Shown one piece after another: positions 9,460 to 19,971 of a stretch of 64,000 nucleotides of DNA; the stretch's first letter is position 1; the number at the start of each line of letters is the position of its first letter. The DNA comes from an uncultured virus (IMG/VR IMGVR_UViG_3300021089_000001) (lineage: Duplodnaviria; Heunggongvirae; Uroviricota; Caudoviricetes): IMG/VR virus record IMGVR_UViG_3300021089_000001, one strand, 5' to 3'. The position numbers were made by a program, and so were the translations under genes. The notes under the pieces are model-generated. The model ran no database searches. It saw nothing but the letters and a program-made list of their open reading frames with translations, and was not told where the DNA came from.

Positions 9460-9539
9460 ATACAATTGAACTAGACACCTTGTCTAGTCTTATGCAGACA
9501 CAACTGCGTATAACATAGAACGTTAAAGGGAGAAAAAAA

Positions 9540-9905
9540 ATGGGAAGACCTATCAACAAAAGAAACTTCGGAACTGGTGCAGGCAATATTCAAGTTACAT
9601 CTTGGAGAAAAGCCGCTGGTGTGGAGTCACAAACAGCTGGTTCAATCGTCAGACAAAGATCAACTAGAAAATTTATGGTTAATGCCAATGGTGCAGAAGA
9701 ATTAATGACTCTAGTTAATAAGGCACAAGGTGCTTTAGCGGCGAGTGAATTTATCATCAATGCTAAAGACGATGGTGGAACTGCTACGCAAGTTACAAAA
9801 CTTCGTAACAGAACTGTTCAAACAGAAGGAACAGCTAATTTCAAATATACGTTAAGCGACTCTAATGCGGCTACTTCAGCAGTTAGAACTGTAGACGTAA
9901 TCTAA
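9540..9905 (+). CDS. Virion structural protein, MGRP-start paralog 1
   Basis: Late promoter 9456-9462, SD and terminator; paralogous to 9987..10364. Confidence 0.7.
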   Translation: MGRPINKRNFGTGAGNIQVTSWRKAAGVESQTAGSIVRQRSTRKFMVNANGAEELMTLVNKAQGALAASEFIINAKDDGGTATQVTKLRNRTVQTEGTANFKYTLSDSNAATSAVRTVDVI

Positions 9906-9929
9906 TAATATAAACTAATAACGCATTGT

Positions 9930-9958
9930 AAGGGGAAGTTTTCACGCTTCCCCTTTTT
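9930..9958 (+). terminator. Rho-independent terminator
   Basis: AAGGGGAAG-TTTTCACG-CTTCCCCTT-TTT. Confidence 0.88.
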
Positions 9959-9986
9959 GCATAAATAAGTATAATATAATAAGAAT

Positions 9987-10364
9987 ATGGGTAGACCAGT
10001 TAATAAGAAGCATTTTGGGATCGTTAGTGGTTCAGACAACAATTTTGTTGTTACTGTGAAAGTGGGTACAAACGCAGTTTCGGCAGTTGGGATCATTAAA
10101 AGACAGCGTGGATCTAATAAATTTATGGTAGATGATGCTAATGATGATTCCGGAAATGAAGGAATATGTAGGTTAGTTGATAAAGACATTAATAGTTTAA
10201 ATGATAATGAAATGTCTTTAACAGGTTACATAGGCGGAGCTGGTGACGGAGTTAGACTTAGAAAAGTGTTTAATAAAACCGCAATTGACTTTTCCGGCGT
10301 CCGTTATAAGTGGTCAGTTACAGATGACTCAACGTCTAGCCAAATGGTTTTAACTGCGGTATAG
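9987..10364 (+). CDS. Virion structural protein, MGRP-start paralog 2
   Basis: MGRPVNKKHFG ... IKRQRGSNKFMV; ATAAATA at 9961-9967. Confidence 0.7.
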   Translation: MGRPVNKKHFGIVSGSDNNFVVTVKVGTNAVSAVGIIKRQRGSNKFMVDDANDDSGNEGICRLVDKDINSLNDNEMSLTGYIGGAGDGVRLRKVFNKTAIDFSGVRYKWSVTDDSTSSQMVLTAV

Positions 10365-10373
10365 GGATTGTAA

Positions 10374-11357
10374 ATGTCAAGATTTATTCAAGTACCAAAT
10401 GGTGATTATAAAGTAAAAGTCCAATCTGGTGGAGAAATAAAATTAGACACTGGTGTTGGCGTAGGTAATACTAGAATAACAGGAAATTTAATTGTTGAAG
10501 GAACACAAACTCAAGTAACATCAAATGAATTAACTGTTAAAGATAATATTATAGAAGTTAATAGTGGTGAAAATGGTGTAGGTGTTACACTTAATCAAGC
10601 AGGAATTAGAGTAGACAGAGGAAGTTTAGTCGATGTCCAAATGCTATTTGACGAACAATTATCCTGGAATGATCCCGATTCTCAAACAACTAGAACAGGC
10701 GCTTTTACATTTGTAGATGTAAACGGAGCATTATTAGGTTTACGAACTAATAGTATTAGCACTGGTGGACCAATTTATTTTCAACCAGGTGGTTCAGGTT
10801 CTTTAAGAGTTATAAAAACAAGTTATGAAACTTACGTAACAGACGATAATGATATTCCTAATAAAAAATATGTTGATACTGAAATAGTTACTCAAATTAA
10901 TTCTTTAGCACCTGTGTTTATTGGACATAGTGATACAGAAGTAAGGGTAGCTGATTCTACAGGTGGAGCAAATCCAGTTAGTCAAATTACAATGTCAGTT
11001 GATGGTGTTGTAAAAGCTAAAATGAACAGCAATTCTTTTGAATTATATAATACTACTGTTGATATTGGTCAAATTAGAATTGAAGATAATATTATATCAA
11101 ACACCGTAAGTAATGGTGATTTAAAACTAGAAGCACCAGGTACAGGAGCAGTAAAAGTTACTGACTCTTTTGTAATTCAACAAACACCAAGCACTTTAGA
11201 CCCTGCTACAGACCCAGCATATGATACAGAAGGTGTTAAACTATATTCAAAAGTTCCAGCAGGAGGCGATACTGGGCTTTATTATGTAAATACAAACGAT
11301 GCTTATGGAGAAATGATCAGTAAAAATAGATCAATTGTCTTAAGTATGGTGTTATAA
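10374..11357 (+). CDS. Tail-fibre-related structural protein
   Basis: ITGNLIVEG..T.V, DNIIEVNSGE and IPNKKYVD fibre motifs; hydrophobic C-terminal helix. Confidence 0.7.
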   Translation: MSRFIQVPNGDYKVKVQSGGEIKLDTGVGVGNTRITGNLIVEGTQTQVTSNELTVKDNIIEVNSGENGVGVTLNQAGIRVDRGSLVDVQMLFDEQLSWNDPDSQTTRTGAFTFVDVNGALLGLRTNSISTGGPIYFQPGGSGSLRVIKTSYETYVTDDNDIPNKKYVDTEIVTQINSLAPVFIGHSDTEVRVADSTGGANPVSQITMSVDGVVKAKMNSNSFELYNTTVDIGQIRIEDNIISNTVSNGDLKLEAPGTGAVKVTDSFVIQQTPSTLDPATDPAYDTEGVKLYSKVPAGGDTGLYYVNTNDAYGEMISKNRSIVLSMVL

Positions 11358-11365
11358 GGATAAAA

Positions 11366-11701
11366 ATGGCTATTACAAACCACGAAATTACAACAGGACA
11401 AACGGTAGATGTGTTATTAGTACCAGCAGGAAAAACTTTTGCAGTAACAGGTTTATTATTATGTAATACTGCGGCAGTAGATCCAGCAGGAGGAAATGAT
11501 AGTACGTTTACAATATATGCTGTAGCAAATGGTGAAGCCCCAGGTAACAAAAATATTATAGTTAACTCAGTAACACTTCCAGGTGCTGAAACCTTTACAT
11601 TAGATACAGAAAAATTGATTTTAGCCGCAGGCGATAAAGTTAGAATTTCAGTTGGTGGCGCATCTAATGTTGCTTCGGTTGTAAGCTATCTGGAGGTATA
11701 A
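11366..11701 (+). CDS. Small beta-rich virion protein (paralog of 19163 and 34267)
   Basis: Shared pattern VP..T..V..L.LCN ... EKLIL..GDK. Confidence 0.7.
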   Translation: MAITNHEITTGQTVDVLLVPAGKTFAVTGLLLCNTAAVDPAGGNDSTFTIYAVANGEAPGNKNIIVNSVTLPGAETFTLDTEKLILAAGDKVRISVGGASNVASVVSYLEV

Positions 11702-12495
11702 TGAAATTTCTAAAAAGACACTCCTCAAATAAAAGAATGATTAACGGTAAAGGCGTGGTCTACGATCAATATGAAAATATTAATATTGAATCTGTAGGTT
11801 CACTGCAAGTTCCTAAAGGAACAACAGCACAAAGACCTACTTTACCTATAGTTGGTCAACTTAGATATAACACAACAACTAAAAACTTTGAAGTTTATGA
11901 AGATGTTGGTGGCGGTGGTACAATGTGGAAATCATTTAGATTAAGTGAACCATTTGGAGTAACAGTTCAATCTTTAGGAAATGGAAATGATACAGAAATA
12001 AACTTTGGTGTATTAGATTCAAATGACGGTGGTATGAAACAAGAACCAGCTACTCCTCAAGCAGTATTAGTAATGGTAGAAAACGTTTTACAAATTCCAA
12101 CAACAAATTATACACTTATACAAAATCCTTGTAGTGTTAATAGTATTAAGGTAGCTGTGGTACAAAACTATAATGCTACTGGTGTTGGAGCATTTCAAAG
12201 TAAAGATTTAGCATTTGTTGATTGGATAGATAAAGGTTATCACGTAGGTCAACAAATTGTAATAACAGGATCAGCTAATAATAATGGAACATATTCAGTT
12301 ACAGCAGTTACACAAGAATATTTAAGTGCTAATCAATTGCTTGTTAATGAAACTAACGTAGGAAACGCTCAAATTTTTGTAGACGGTAAAAGTTCAGTAA
12401 CAACTAATTCATACCCTGTAGGGTTTTATCTTGCATTTGGTACACCTGTACCTACTGGAAAACCAGTAACAGTTATTCATAACTTCGACAAATAA
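11701..12495 (+). CDS. Tail-associated structural protein
   Basis: VPKGTTAQRP..GQLRYNT..FEVY fibre motif; translationally coupled to the upstream gene (TAATG). Confidence 0.7.
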   Translation: MKFLKRHSSNKRMINGKGVVYDQYENINIESVGSLQVPKGTTAQRPTLPIVGQLRYNTTTKNFEVYEDVGGGGTMWKSFRLSEPFGVTVQSLGNGNDTEINFGVLDSNDGGMKQEPATPQAVLVMVENVLQIPTTNYTLIQNPCSVNSIKVAVVQNYNATGVGAFQSKDLAFVDWIDKGYHVGQQIVITGSANNNGTYSVTAVTQEYLSANQLLVNETNVGNAQIFVDGKSSVTTNSYPVGFYLAFGTPVPTGKPVTVIHNFDK

Positions 12496-12535
12496 ATTAT
12501 TCCCCAAAATACCATAAATACGTAAAAGGAGTACT

Positions 12536-15289
12536 ATGCCAACAGGTACAACAAATTTAGGTAGAATATCAGGACCATTACTTAAAGAAAATCTGACAAG
12601 ATCTAGTGATTTAGCTTTTGAAACAGATTTACTTTTCATTGGGCATACTAATAGTAAAATAGGTATTAGAACAGATGCTCCATCAAAAGATTTAACTATT
12701 ACAGGAACAACAAAAGTTCCTACAGAATTAACTGCCACAAATAGTGCTACAATTGGAAATATGGTATGGGACCAAGATGGTATTAGATCTTTATTAGGTC
12801 CTATTACAATAACAACTGGTGCAGGCGGGGCCATAACTTATAAAGAATTAAGAACAGAACATCTTTACTTCACAAATAGTACTATAGGTGCTTATAATAC
12901 AAATTCAAATATTGAAATTTATCCGGGACCTGGTACTGGAAAATTTGTAATTCCTAGTGATTTAAAATCTTACGGAAGTATTCATTCTACAGCAGATATA
13001 ACATTTGATGGTAGTGTTTTTATAGGTGGAGATTCAGATGAAGATACTATAAAATTTGAAGGTGACATAACTTCTAACTTAAATGTAGACCAAACATTAA
13101 CATTTGATGTAGGTGCAAATTTAAAAAGATGGGGATACTTCCACGTAAAAAGTATGCCTGACTTGAATAACATTACTATTGATAACTTTATAAGTTTAAA
13201 TGGAGTAGCTGTTAATTTAGGTATAACAAACAAATGGTATGTTACTACAGATGGTACTGACGCATTATCGGGTACTCATCCTAACTTTGCATTTGGAACT
13301 ATTAAACATACATTACAAACTATTGAAGAAAGTACAGCAGGACCACATGAAGTTCACGTTTTTCCAGGAACATATGAAGAAGTTTTTCCATTAGAAATTC
13401 CTGAAAATGTTACTATAAAAGGTATAGGTCAAGGAGCTGTTATTATAAAACCAACAGTTGGAACACAAAGTGAATTTGCATTTTTATTAAATGATAGTTG
13501 TTCTATACAAAATGTTACTATTACTGGAAGTTTAGGTGGTTTTAAATTTGCCAATAATGCAACTATTGTAAATCAATCTCCTTATCTAGCAGATATTAAA
13601 TTAAAATTAGAAGACAGTCTTGCTTACGGTATATCACTTAACGGAAATATAACTGATACAAACAGTGAAGATAGTGTATCACTTAAAAATGTATCTATAA
13701 AATTAAATCATGCTAATTCAGTAGGAATTTATACTACAGGTGCAGGCGTAAAAGTAGAAGCAATAGAATGTATTATAGAAGGACTAGCTGATAAAGGAAT
13801 TGAAAATACAGGTGGAGAAGTAAAAGTAATAGGATCTATATTCCGTAATTTAACTACAGCAATTAGTGGAAATGGAGCTACTACTATAGTCAATGCAATA
13901 GGTTGTGCATTTGATAAAGTAACTCAAAATGTAAATCCTGTTAATAATGCTAAAATTTATACAAGTTCTTTTGATGAAAAAAATAATTTTGAAGTAGGTG
14001 ATTTAACAGGAACAAATTATCACTTTGGAATTAATGATAAACAATTTAATTTAAAATCTAGTTCAATAACTTTAACTGATTCACAAATTAATTTTACAGG
14101 TGGTGATCATACACATCTTGAAGGTGATGAATTAACTGTAGGTGATTATACTATAACTGATGGTACATTAAAAACTCATACAGGTGATATTAATGTTAAA
14201 TCTACTGGAACAATTAATTTTAATACTGATACTAAAATTTTAAACAATAACAGTATAACAATATCAGGTGATGGAACTATAGCAGGTTCATTAATTAATC
14301 TTGGTGATCAACCTACAGACATTGTAGACTTCAATATGGATATGACACAAGATTTATTACCAGCTGACAATACAATACGAAATTTGGGTTCCGCAAGTAA
14401 GCAATGGTATAAATCTACTTTTTCTACTGTAGATTTTGGTAATCTTGTAGTTCATAATAATACTATGAGAACAACAGAATCTAATGCTGACTTAGAATTA
14501 AAAGGTAGTGGAACTGGTAATGTTGTTACTGAAGAATTATCATTTGGCACAGGAATTTCTTCTGCAAATGATATAGTTTTTGATACAGGAGCATCAACAC
14601 TTACAGTTAATAGTACAACAGCATTAAACGTTCCTGTAGGAACAACTGCACAAAGACCTACACAAGATAGAGGAATAAGATTTGACACTACTAGTTCATT
14701 ATTTGAAACATTTCACGGAGGAGCAACTCCTTTAGGTGGTGTAATAGATGCTGATTTAGACACTAAAATAGATTTAACAAGTAATCAATTTACATTTAAA
14801 ATAGCTGGATCTAACGTAGGTACTTTAACTGGTACAGAACTAACACTTAATAGATTTGGAAGTCAGGATCAAGTTAATATAGATGACAATACTATAACTG
14901 TACCTGACGGAGCCGTAAATGCTCAAGCAGGTTTAGAAGCTAATGGTACTGGTAAAGTAATATTAGACACATCTAACTTTACTATGTCTGGGGGCACTCT
15001 TCTTAATAGTGAAAGTGAAAGCGATATTATTGTTACAGGTACGGGTTTAAAAGTAGATAGATTTGTTAAAATAGACGCTCCAGCTATCAAATTTCCATAT
15101 GGTACTTCTGTAGAACAAGAAGGAAAATCCAACAAAAAACAAGGTGAATTGTTTTGGAATACAGATGTTTCTATACTTCAAGTATGGACTGGAACTGAAT
15201 GGAAATCTGCTACAGGACAAGCAGAAACAAGCATAACTATAGAAGATTTAGAAGCAATTAACTTAACATATAACTTAATAATTAATTAA
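12536..15289 (+). CDS. Tail fibre/spike protein with beta-helix (pectin-lyase-like) region
   Basis: GRISGPLLKENL N-terminus; WYVTTDG.D...F.TI and PGTYEE motifs; PxGTTAQRP repeats. Confidence 0.75.
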   Translation: MPTGTTNLGRISGPLLKENLTRSSDLAFETDLLFIGHTNSKIGIRTDAPSKDLTITGTTKVPTELTATNSATIGNMVWDQDGIRSLLGPITITTGAGGAITYKELRTEHLYFTNSTIGAYNTNSNIEIYPGPGTGKFVIPSDLKSYGSIHSTADITFDGSVFIGGDSDEDTIKFEGDITSNLNVDQTLTFDVGANLKRWGYFHVKSMPDLNNITIDNFISLNGVAVNLGITNKWYVTTDGTDALSGTHPNFAFGTIKHTLQTIEESTAGPHEVHVFPGTYEEVFPLEIPENVTIKGIGQGAVIIKPTVGTQSEFAFLLNDSCSIQNVTITGSLGGFKFANNATIVNQSPYLADIKLKLEDSLAYGISLNGNITDTNSEDSVSLKNVSIKLNHANSVGIYTTGAGVKVEAIECIIEGLADKGIENTGGEVKVIGSIFRNLTTAISGNGATTIVNAIGCAFDKVTQNVNPVNNAKIYTSSFDEKNNFEVGDLTGTNYHFGINDKQFNLKSSSITLTDSQINFTGGDHTHLEGDELTVGDYTITDGTLKTHTGDINVKSTGTINFNTDTKILNNNSITISGDGTIAGSLINLGDQPTDIVDFNMDMTQDLLPADNTIRNLGSASKQWYKSTFSTVDFGNLVVHNNTMRTTESNADLELKGSGTGNVVTEELSFGTGISSANDIVFDTGASTLTVNSTTALNVPVGTTAQRPTQDRGIRFDTTSSLFETFHGGATPLGGVIDADLDTKIDLTSNQFTFKIAGSNVGTLTGTELTLNRFGSQDQVNIDDNTITVPDGAVNAQAGLEANGTGKVILDTSNFTMSGGTLLNSESESDIIVTGTGLKVDRFVKIDAPAIKFPYGTSVEQEGKSNKKQGELFWNTDVSILQVWTGTEWKSATGQAETSITIEDLEAINLTYNLIIN

Positions 15290-15328
15290 GCAATATTCTA
15301 GCATACTACAACATAAATCCAAAATCAG

Positions 15329-15336
15329 TATAAATA
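15329..15336 (+). promoter_or_regulatory. Perfect T4 late promoter TATAAATA followed by a ~100-nt structured leader
   Basis: Exact gp55 consensus in an intergenic region. Confidence 0.75.
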
Positions 15337-15443
15337 CTAATAATGTTTAAATCAGACCTTGTTTTAGACAGGACAAACTGTGGTTCAACCCGCAAGGTAA
15401 TGTGGTTGGTGGGACAAGATCCCCGTGCTAAAGGAGATAGAGA

Positions 15444-18400
15444 ATGGCCGTAGGTCGAATTTCAGGACAGCTCTTAAAGTCCAACTTACTTCGTAATGGA
15501 GTAAACCTGGCCTTCGAGACTGATCTTTTATACATTGATGTTAATAATTCTCGAATAGGAGTTAACACTGCTAGTCCCCAGTTTCCATTAGATGTTAATG
15601 GAGCAGTACGTACAACAGATTTAGAAGTCACAAATTCAGCAGTTATTAATAATATTACAATTGGTGCTAATTCAATTACTACAACTGCACCTTCTCTTAA
15701 TATTACTTCACCAGACGGTATTTTATACAACAATAAACTATTAATTGATGATATAGAAATTAGTGGTAACACTATTAAAGCCACAGATTCCAATCAAAAT
15801 TTTGAAATTCAAACTAGTGGTACAGGTATTGTAGAAGTATTTGGTGATACTTTAGTTAATGGTAATATTCATGCTACAGGTAATATAAGAGCTGATGGCA
15901 ATATTCAAATAGGTGACGCAGATACAGATTCAATTTCAATTGCGGCAGATTTTACAAGTAACATTACTCCAGATTTAACTGACACATATAATATGGGTTC
16001 CGCAACAAAAAGGTGGAATGACGTATATGCAAATAACTTAATTGTAGATAATCTTACATTGAATGGTAACATTACTGTACAAGGTCTTGACTTAACGGCT
16101 AGACCAGGAAAAATTTATTATGTTGCAACAAATGGTGATGATGCTAAAACAGGAACTCACCAAAATGATCCTTTTGCAACAGTTTCAAAAGCATTAACAA
16201 CTGCAACAGATGGAGATTTAGTTTACATATATCCAGGAACATATAATGAAGTTTTACCTTTAACTATTCCTGCTGGAGTTTCAGTAAGAGGTGACGGTAT
16301 TAGAGCAGTTGTTATTAAACCTCATGGAAGTACACCAAACAAAGATGTATTCATTCTTAATGGTGAATCTACTGTTGAAGATTTAACTATTGCAGATTTT
16401 TATTATAATTCTGGTGCAACAGAAGGACACGCATTTAGATTAGCCACTGGCGCAGATAGTACATATTTCCAACTTACAAGTGATATACCTTTAATTAAAA
16501 ATGTTGCTGTAATTACAAAAGGTTCAGTAACTTCAGGTGCAGACCCTAGAGGTTTTGACCAAGGAGATGCAGGTAAAGGAGCATTTCTTGATGGACAAGT
16601 AGTTGGAGGAATTACTCCAGAAGTTAGAGTTAGATTTCAAAATTGTACATTTATTACACCTGGTATGGATGCAATAACAGTAACAAATGGTGTAAGAGTA
16701 GATTTTATTAATTCATTTACATATTTTGCAAACAAAGGTATTAATGTTACAGATGGTTCATATGGACAAGGTGGGGACGGAAAAACAAGAGTAAACATAG
16801 CAGGATTATCAGGATCTTTTCCAGCACCTAGTGAAACTGCAACTTATTATGATAAAGATGGATCAACAAAATTAGCTGAAGGAACAATTGAATCTGTAGA
16901 CGCAGGTAATAATTTAGTTGCATTCGATGGCAAAGTTGGTGCGTTTGCTTTACCTTCAACAAGACCTACTAAAACAGTTACAGTCACAGGAACTACAATA
17001 GATGGAACAACTAAAAAATATGGAAATGGAAGTTTCAAACAAACAGCTTCTAGTCATAATTTAAAAGTTGCAGGACATACAGACTTTGGTTTTAGTACTG
17101 GAAATTTCCAAATAGAAGGTTGGTTATACCCTACATCAGTACAAAGTAATACTTTGTTTACTATAGGAAGTTTAGAAATTGATATTCTTAATAACGTTCC
17201 TAGAGTTAAACTTGATGGAAATGTAATTGCAACTGAAAGTGCAGGTTTTAATATTAATGTTTGGACTCACTTTGCTGTAGGAAGACAAAACAATACGTTA
17301 AAAATGTTTATTGGCGGAGTTAATGACAGTAACGTAGATGTTTCTGGTTGGACTGCAGATTTAGGCGGTTCAGATGATGTTTATATTGGAAATAGTAATT
17401 CACTTAATAATGCCTTTACTGGTTTTATAGATGACGTTAGAATAATCAAAGGTGATATGACATATACAGCAAACTTTACACCACCTAGTGTAGAATTAAC
17501 AAATACAAATAATAATAATGGTATTACAGCATTAATGTTAAATGCTAATAACTTTTTAGATAATTCTAAACTATTTCAAGATATTAGATTCTCAGGCGGT
17601 TCAACAGCTAACGAAATTACTTTAGCTGATTATTCAGACTTTGGATCAGATTTTAGAAGTATATCAAGTGCAAACGTTTATGGAACTTACGGTGTTGTTG
17701 CAGATGGTATTGGTGCAAATGTAAATTTAGTTAATCATAATTTTAACTATGTAGGTTCAGGAAAAAGTTTTGCAAATGATGTAAATGAAGTTGTACAAGC
17801 AAATGAAGTTGTTGCTTCAACTAATGCAAAAATAAATTATAATTCAGTTGATCAAAGTGGTGGATTTAGACTTGGTGAGCAATTTGCAATAAATCAAGAT
17901 ACTGGTTTAATAGAATTTAAATCTACTGAATTAAAAATAGATACTACTTCTCAAATGTCAATTACTAATGGTTCTAATACTACTGTTTTAGATGGTACTA
18001 AAGTAGAAACACCTAAATTAAGAATGAGTGGAACTACTATTGAAAGTTTATCAGGAAATTTAGATTTTAATTCAAGTACAAATGTAATTAATTTATTAAA
18101 CAATGTTAATGTTACAGGAAATTTAGATGTAACAGGAAATATAACAATTGGTGGTAACATAACAATTGGTGATGAAGCTACTGATACAGTTACTATTACT
18201 GCTGGAATAGGAAGTGATTTAATTCCTGCAACAGATAATACTTACAATTTAGGTAATGATACTAATAGATGGAATACATTATTTGCAAATCAAATACAAG
18301 TAGATAGTATTAATCTTACAAATAATGTAATCAAAACAACTGATAGTAATGCTGATTTAGAATTAATGGCAAACGGGACTGGCGGGATCAGATTAGAATC

Positions 18401-19154
18401 ATTTAGATTTAATCAAAATATTATTACTAACGATTCAGGAGATATGACAATTACTCCTGCAACAGGAATAGCAAGAGTTGACGGCACAGGAAGTATTAGA
18501 ATACCATCAGGTACAACTGCAGAAAGACCTGGAAGTCCTGCAAATGGTATGATACGTTACAACACAGATACAAGTTTATTTGAAGGTTATGAAGGAGCAA
18601 ATTGGTTAGCATTAACAGGTGTATATGATTTAGATAGAGACACTTATATTACAGCAGAAGCTACTCCAGGTGCAGATGATGATACTATTAGATTTTATGC
18701 TGGTGGAGTTTTAGTAGCAAACGTTAATTCTACTAGATTTGACATAACAAAATTAGTTGTAGATTCCATAGAAATTGATGGAAATACCATAACAACTACA
18801 GGTGTAAATCAGGATTTAATATTAAATGCTAATGGAAATGGTAGCATTAGAATAGAAGACTTTAAATTTGAAGGAAATACGATAACTAATACTATATCGG
18901 CTCCAATCGTACTTAAAACGAGCGGAAACGGTTATGTTGATGTTTCAGATGCTGGTGGATTTGTACTTCCTTCAGGTACTGCATTAGATAGACCTGCTGT
19001 AGGTCAGTTGGGTATGACGAGGTACAATACTCAAGATAGCAGGGTAGAGTTATATGATGGAAGCAATTGGGGATCAATTGCAGGTTCGTCAGGAGCGATA
19101 AGCGTACTTGATGCAACTGAAATTTCAATAACATACGCAATTGCGTTAGGATAA
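15444..19154 (+). CDS. Tail fibre/spike protein with beta-helix and LamG/concanavalin-A-like lectin domain
   Basis: Paralog of 12536; DFGFSTGNFQIEGW..WTHFAV..FTGFIDDVRIIKG..YTANFTPP LamG signature; ends YAIALG. Confidence 0.8.
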   Translation: MAVGRISGQLLKSNLLRNGVNLAFETDLLYIDVNNSRIGVNTASPQFPLDVNGAVRTTDLEVTNSAVINNITIGANSITTTAPSLNITSPDGILYNNKLLIDDIEISGNTIKATDSNQNFEIQTSGTGIVEVFGDTLVNGNIHATGNIRADGNIQIGDADTDSISIAADFTSNITPDLTDTYNMGSATKRWNDVYANNLIVDNLTLNGNITVQGLDLTARPGKIYYVATNGDDAKTGTHQNDPFATVSKALTTATDGDLVYIYPGTYNEVLPLTIPAGVSVRGDGIRAVVIKPHGSTPNKDVFILNGESTVEDLTIADFYYNSGATEGHAFRLATGADSTYFQLTSDIPLIKNVAVITKGSVTSGADPRGFDQGDAGKGAFLDGQVVGGITPEVRVRFQNCTFITPGMDAITVTNGVRVDFINSFTYFANKGINVTDGSYGQGGDGKTRVNIAGLSGSFPAPSETATYYDKDGSTKLAEGTIESVDAGNNLVAFDGKVGAFALPSTRPTKTVTVTGTTIDGTTKKYGNGSFKQTASSHNLKVAGHTDFGFSTGNFQIEGWLYPTSVQSNTLFTIGSLEIDILNNVPRVKLDGNVIATESAGFNINVWTHFAVGRQNNTLKMFIGGVNDSNVDVSGWTADLGGSDDVYIGNSNSLNNAFTGFIDDVRIIKGDMTYTANFTPPSVELTNTNNNNGITALMLNANNFLDNSKLFQDIRFSGGSTANEITLADYSDFGSDFRSISSANVYGTYGVVADGIGANVNLVNHNFNYVGSGKSFANDVNEVVQANEVVASTNAKINYNSVDQSGGFRLGEQFAINQDTGLIEFKSTELKIDTTSQMSITNGSNTTVLDGTKVETPKLRMSGTTIESLSGNLDFNSSTNVINLLNNVNVTGNLDVTGNITIGGNITIGDEATDTVTITAGIGSDLIPATDNTYNLGNDTNRWNTLFANQIQVDSINLTNNVIKTTDSNADLELMANGTGGIRLESFRFNQNIITNDSGDMTITPATGIARVDGTGSIRIPSGTTAERPGSPANGMIRYNTDTSLFEGYEGANWLALTGVYDLDRDTYITAEATPGADDDTIRFYAGGVLVANVNSTRFDITKLVVDSIEIDGNTITTTGVNQDLILNANGNGSIRIEDFKFEGNTITNTISAPIVLKTSGNGYVDVSDAGGFVLPSGTALDRPAVGQLGMTRYNTQDSRVELYDGSNWGSIAGSSGAISVLDATEISITYAIALG

Positions 19155-19162
19155 AAATTTAA

Positions 19163-19492
19163 ATGGCAACATACTTTAAAAATTCAATAATAAAAAACGT
19201 TGGGACAGTTCCAATAACGGTTTATTCACCGCCAATAGGAACTAACACAATTGTTTTAGGACTTAATCTTGCAAACTTAATTGAAAGTATTGTAAAAGTT
19301 ACTGTAACATTACAAGATACAACTAGTGTTTCAGGTTATATTGTTAAAGATGTAATGATTGCCCCTAATTCTAGTTTAAGAATTTTAAGTGCAGGTGAAA
19401 AATTAATTATTGCCTCACAAAGTACACTACAAGTGAATGCGGATATTGCCGATTCAGTAGATGTTGTAATGAGTTTCGTGGAGTTAACATAA
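19163..19492 (+). CDS. Small beta-rich virion protein (paralog of 11366 and 34267)
   Basis: MATYFKN.. TIVLGLNLAN.. GEKLII. Confidence 0.7.
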   Translation: MATYFKNSIIKNVGTVPITVYSPPIGTNTIVLGLNLANLIESIVKVTVTLQDTTSVSGYIVKDVMIAPNSSLRILSAGEKLIIASQSTLQVNADIADSVDVVMSFVELT

Positions 19493-19493
19493 G

Positions 19494-19952
19494 ATGAGTG
19501 ATATTGGTCAAAATTTAAAAGCATATATGTTAGCAGGAATTAAAGATAGATATTTCTATGGTTTAAGAAGAACTATCGATGGAACTTTGTATATGCATAA
19601 AATTGATCAAATGAAAGCTGGAGAATCTGTTTCAATTAATGTTCCAGGTAATCCTGCAGAAAATTATATTGATTTTGATCAAGGAACTGATTTTTATGAA
19701 GGTAGAGGACCAAATCATTCTCTAGTTTATGAAAATTTAAAATACGAACAATTTAGATGGGACGATGTTAATCTAAATTATTATGTAAACGATAATGGAG
19801 AGTTAGTAGTAAGAATTAATGCTACAAAAGATCAGGGCACTGTCACTTATCCAGAAACATTAGAAGAAGCTAGTGTCCAGCCTAAGGAATTTACATTTGA
19901 TAGAGATGTATATTCATTTGATAGTAATGAAAGAACTTGGGATAGAACTTAA
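19494..19952 (+). CDS. Virion protein, paralog of 22567
   Basis: RYFYGLRRT, DFYEGR, YENLKYEQFRWD, GELVVRIN. Confidence 0.7.
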   Translation: MSDIGQNLKAYMLAGIKDRYFYGLRRTIDGTLYMHKIDQMKAGESVSINVPGNPAENYIDFDQGTDFYEGRGPNHSLVYENLKYEQFRWDDVNLNYYVNDNGELVVRINATKDQGTVTYPETLEEASVQPKEFTFDRDVYSFDSNERTWDRT

Positions 19953-19971
19953 AACGTGGGAGTATTAAAAA

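Noticed and set aside
15361..15430. CAGGACAAAC...CGCAAGG resembles a c-di-GMP-I (GEMM) riboswitch
   Set aside because: It lacks the GNRA-capped P2 and tetraloop-receptor P3 arrangement; kept only as an unassigned structured leader.
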